This document shows, piece by piece, positions 62,119 to 64,000 of a stretch of DNA of 64,000 nucleotides. Below the pieces are notes generated by a model that ran no database searches, was not told the origin of the DNA, and worked only from the letters and a program-made list of their open reading frames with translations. The stretch covers positions 7,084 through 71,083 of the forward strand of contig NHFA02000025.1 in the NCBI GenBank assembly GCA_002170315.2, written 5' to 3'. Position numbers and translations under genes: made by a program. This DNA is from Euryarchaeota archaeon TMED99. GTDB lineage: Archaea > Thermoplasmatota > Poseidoniia > Poseidoniales > Poseidoniaceae. How positions within the stretch are numbered: position 1 is the stretch's first letter; each line of letters begins with the position of its first letter.

Positions 62119-64000
62119 ATGGTGAAAGACGGTAATGGGAAAGAAGTCCAAGGACTTGAACAAGGTCCGTTTGAACCGATAGCCATTATCGGCGTATCTG
62201 CTCTCATGCCAGATGCTCCAGATATCGAGACTTTTTGGCAGAATATTTTGGATGCCAAAGTCAGTATTCGGACGATTCCAGAACATCGCTGGATTGGGCC
62301 TGTCGACCATTTTTTCAGAGAAGGTGGCCCCGGTAATATCGAAGAAGGATTTACTTATGCTCGAATTGGTGCGGTCGTCGAAGGCTATGAATTTGATTGG
62401 CGACGTTGGAAGCAACCCCCGGGAACATTAACTCAAATCGATCTTGCTCAACAATGGGCCGTTTCTGTAGCTGCTGCGGCAATTGAACAAGCAGGGTATG
62501 ATGGAGATTCCAAAGATATTGACCGTTTGCGTACAGGTGTTGCTTTTGCCAATGCCCTTGGTGGTGAAAATCGTAATCTCTCCAACATTCGAATTTATTC
62601 GAATCACACCAAAGAATTGGCCAAGTCTCAAGGGATGCCGGAGGAAAACAGTGCTGCATTCATGGAGTCGATTATCGAAGGTGCACCTCGAGTAAATGAA
62701 GACACGATGCCTGGTGAGTTGGCGAATGTGGTTGCTGGACGCGTCTCAAATTTACTTGATTTGCAGGGGCCGAACTTCGCAATGGATGCTGCCTGCGCAT
62801 CATCATTAGCGACTTTGATGGATGCGTGTAGGCTTCTGCAAATGCGACAAGTCGATGTCATGATTGCAGGTGCTACGGACCGAAGTATGGATGCTCCCAC
62901 CTTTGCGAAGTTTAGCGCCATTGGAGCGCTATCTGCAACACATTCTACGCCGTTTGATGCTGGAGCCAACGGCTTTGTCATGGGTGAAGGAGCAGGTGCT
63001 TTTGTTCTCAAACGTCTTTCGGATGCAATCCAAGATGGTGATGAAATTCATGCGGTAATTCGTGGTGTTGGTGGTTCATCAGACGGACGAGGAAAAGGCA
63101 TCACTGCACCGAGTCAGCGTGGTCAAATCCAAGCGATTGCACGTGCTTATTCTCAAGCAGGATACGAAGCAACGACCGTCGAACTCATTGAGGCACATGG
63201 AACTTCGACGAAGGTTGGAGATGCGACCGAACTCGGGACACTGTCCTTGCTCTGGGACGGAAAACCGGCAGGCGAACATGTTGCTGTTGGTTCAATTAAA
63301 TCTCAAGTCGGGCATTTGAAGGCAGCAGCAGGTATTGCAGGACTCATCAAAGCCGTCATGTCTCTCCATCACCGAACCATTCCTCCCTCTGCAGGGTTCA
63401 CTACCCCGAACCCAACTGTTGATTGGAAGAGTAATCCATTTTTTGTTCCTACTCAAGCACGAGAATGGCCTCGTCCGACCGCAAACCCTCGTCGAGCAGG
63501 CGTCTCAGCATTCGGCTTTGGTGGTACAAACTATCACGTGGCTTTGGAAGGGTACGAACCAGATTTCCACGCTGAATTAGCTCAAAATTGGGATCAAAGA
63601 TGGGATGCCTATGCAGAGACAGAATCAACCACTTCGCCTTCATCCGATGCCATATCTGTCCTCGATTCATCGGCCAAACCCTCGTTAACGCATGAAGAAA
63701 TGAAAGCCATTGAAGGGGGAATCCTCTTACTCTCTGCCACAGATTTATCATCTCTGCATTCGAAACTCGAAAAGATAGATTTTGCTGGTACTCATTTCGA
63801 TGAGGACCCTCGTGGTTTGCGACTATCTTCCGCATTGAATGCGGCTTCTTCAGAATACGATTCGTCTGAAGCCTTCCGCATGTGTATCGTAGCAACTTCA
63901 TGGGGTGAATTCCACAAGCGGACAGAACTCGCTGCAAAAGCGATGAGTGACCCTGAAAAGTGGGGCTTTTTACAAGCACAAGGCATCTTGTTGACCAATG
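62119..64000 (+). CDS. Type I polyketide / PUFA-synthase-like multidomain synthase, N-terminal ketosynthase domain (3' end outside window)
   Basis: This ORF is not in the supplied track. I translated frame 1 by hand from ATG 62119, and it is open for all 627 codons to the window edge. The KS motifs are FEPIAIIGVSALMPDAPDIETFWQNIL, NFAMDAACASSLATL (active-site Cys), IEAHGTSTKVGDATE (His), GSIKSQVGHLKAAAG (His) and VSAFGFGGTNYHVALE. About 150 further codons of post-KS linker follow. Confidence 0.88.
   Translation, partial: MVKDGNGKEVQGLEQGPFEPIAIIGVSALMPDAPDIETFWQNILDAKVSIRTIPEHRWIGPVDHFFREGGPGNIEEGFTYARIGAVVEGYEFDWRRWKQPPGTLTQIDLAQQWAVSVAAAAIEQAGYDGDSKDIDRLRTGVAFANALGGENRNLSNIRIYSNHTKELAKSQGMPEENSAAFMESIIEGAPRVNEDTMPGELANVVAGRVSNLLDLQGPNFAMDAACASSLATLMDACRLLQMRQVDVMIAGATDRSMDAPTFAKFSAIGALSATHSTPFDAGANGFVMGEGAGAFVLKRLSDAIQDGDEIHAVIRGVGGSSDGRGKGITAPSQRGQIQAIARAYSQAGYEATTVELIEAHGTSTKVGDATELGTLSLLWDGKPAGEHVAVGSIKSQVGHLKAAAGIAGLIKAVMSLHHRTIPPSAGFTTPNPTVDWKSNPFFVPTQAREWPRPTANPRRAGVSAFGFGGTNYHVALEGYEPDFHAELAQNWDQRWDAYAETESTTSPSSDAISVLDSSAKPSLTHEEMKAIEGGILLLSATDLSSLHSKLEKIDFAGTHFDEDPRGLRLSSALNAASSEYDSSEAFRMCIVATSWGEFHKRTELAAKAMSDPEKWGFLQAQGILLTN

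Noticed and set aside
62026-63979. Minus-strand ORFs 62026..62415, 62351..62659, 62628..63011 and 63449..63979, plus short plus-strand ORFs listed in this interval.
   Set aside because: All lie antisense or out of frame to the 627-codon open frame that encodes a complete ketosynthase domain. They are shadow ORFs.
1-64000. A search by eye for tRNA, rRNA, CRISPR arrays, transposases, integrases, or phage or defence-island signatures.
   Set aside because: Non-coding stretches are at most about 205 nt. None shows a tRNA cloverleaf or T-loop consensus, or direct-repeat arrays. No ORF shows DDE, tyrosine-recombinase, serine-recombinase or capsid/terminase motifs.

Overview
This looks like a very gene-dense archaeal chromosomal segment: about 47 protein-coding genes, many touching or overlapping, and strong GGAGG/GGTGA Shine-Dalgarno sites. 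The archaeal hallmarks are Hjc resolvase, a TBP-like factor, MC1 chromatin protein, DacZ-type diadenylate cyclase, a Sec11-type signal peptidase, a presenilin/SPP homologue and an Lhr helicase. My guess is a marine planktonic euryarchaeote of the Marine Group II/III type. That is inference only.

Housekeeping and metabolic content:
- the 3' end of ccmF, and an FKBP-SAP isomerase
- a leucine-catabolic methylcrotonyl-CoA carboxylase cluster (carboxyltransferase, crotonase, biotin carboxylase, separate BCCP)
- serS, folC and dCMP deaminase
- a succinate dehydrogenase operon
- a CrtI-like desaturase and a CysJ-like flavoprotein
- a second stand-alone biotin carboxylase, a PfkB kinase, a hotdog thioesterase, a minimal ThiI and a TatD-like hydrolase

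Accessory content is dominated by three giant surface proteins (1690, 1763 and 1972 aa) plus one of 369 aa. All have a signal peptide, CARDB-like modules, one C-terminal TM helix and an acidic or Trp-rich cytoplasmic tail.

The most notable item is at the 3' edge. The ORF track misses an open-ended + strand frame (62119 to the window end). It encodes a complete type I PKS / PUFA-synthase-like ketosynthase directly downstream of fabI, which is unexpected in an archaeon.

I saw no rRNA, tRNA, CRISPR array, transposase or integrase. All family calls rest on motif recognition by eye. No searches or computations were run.
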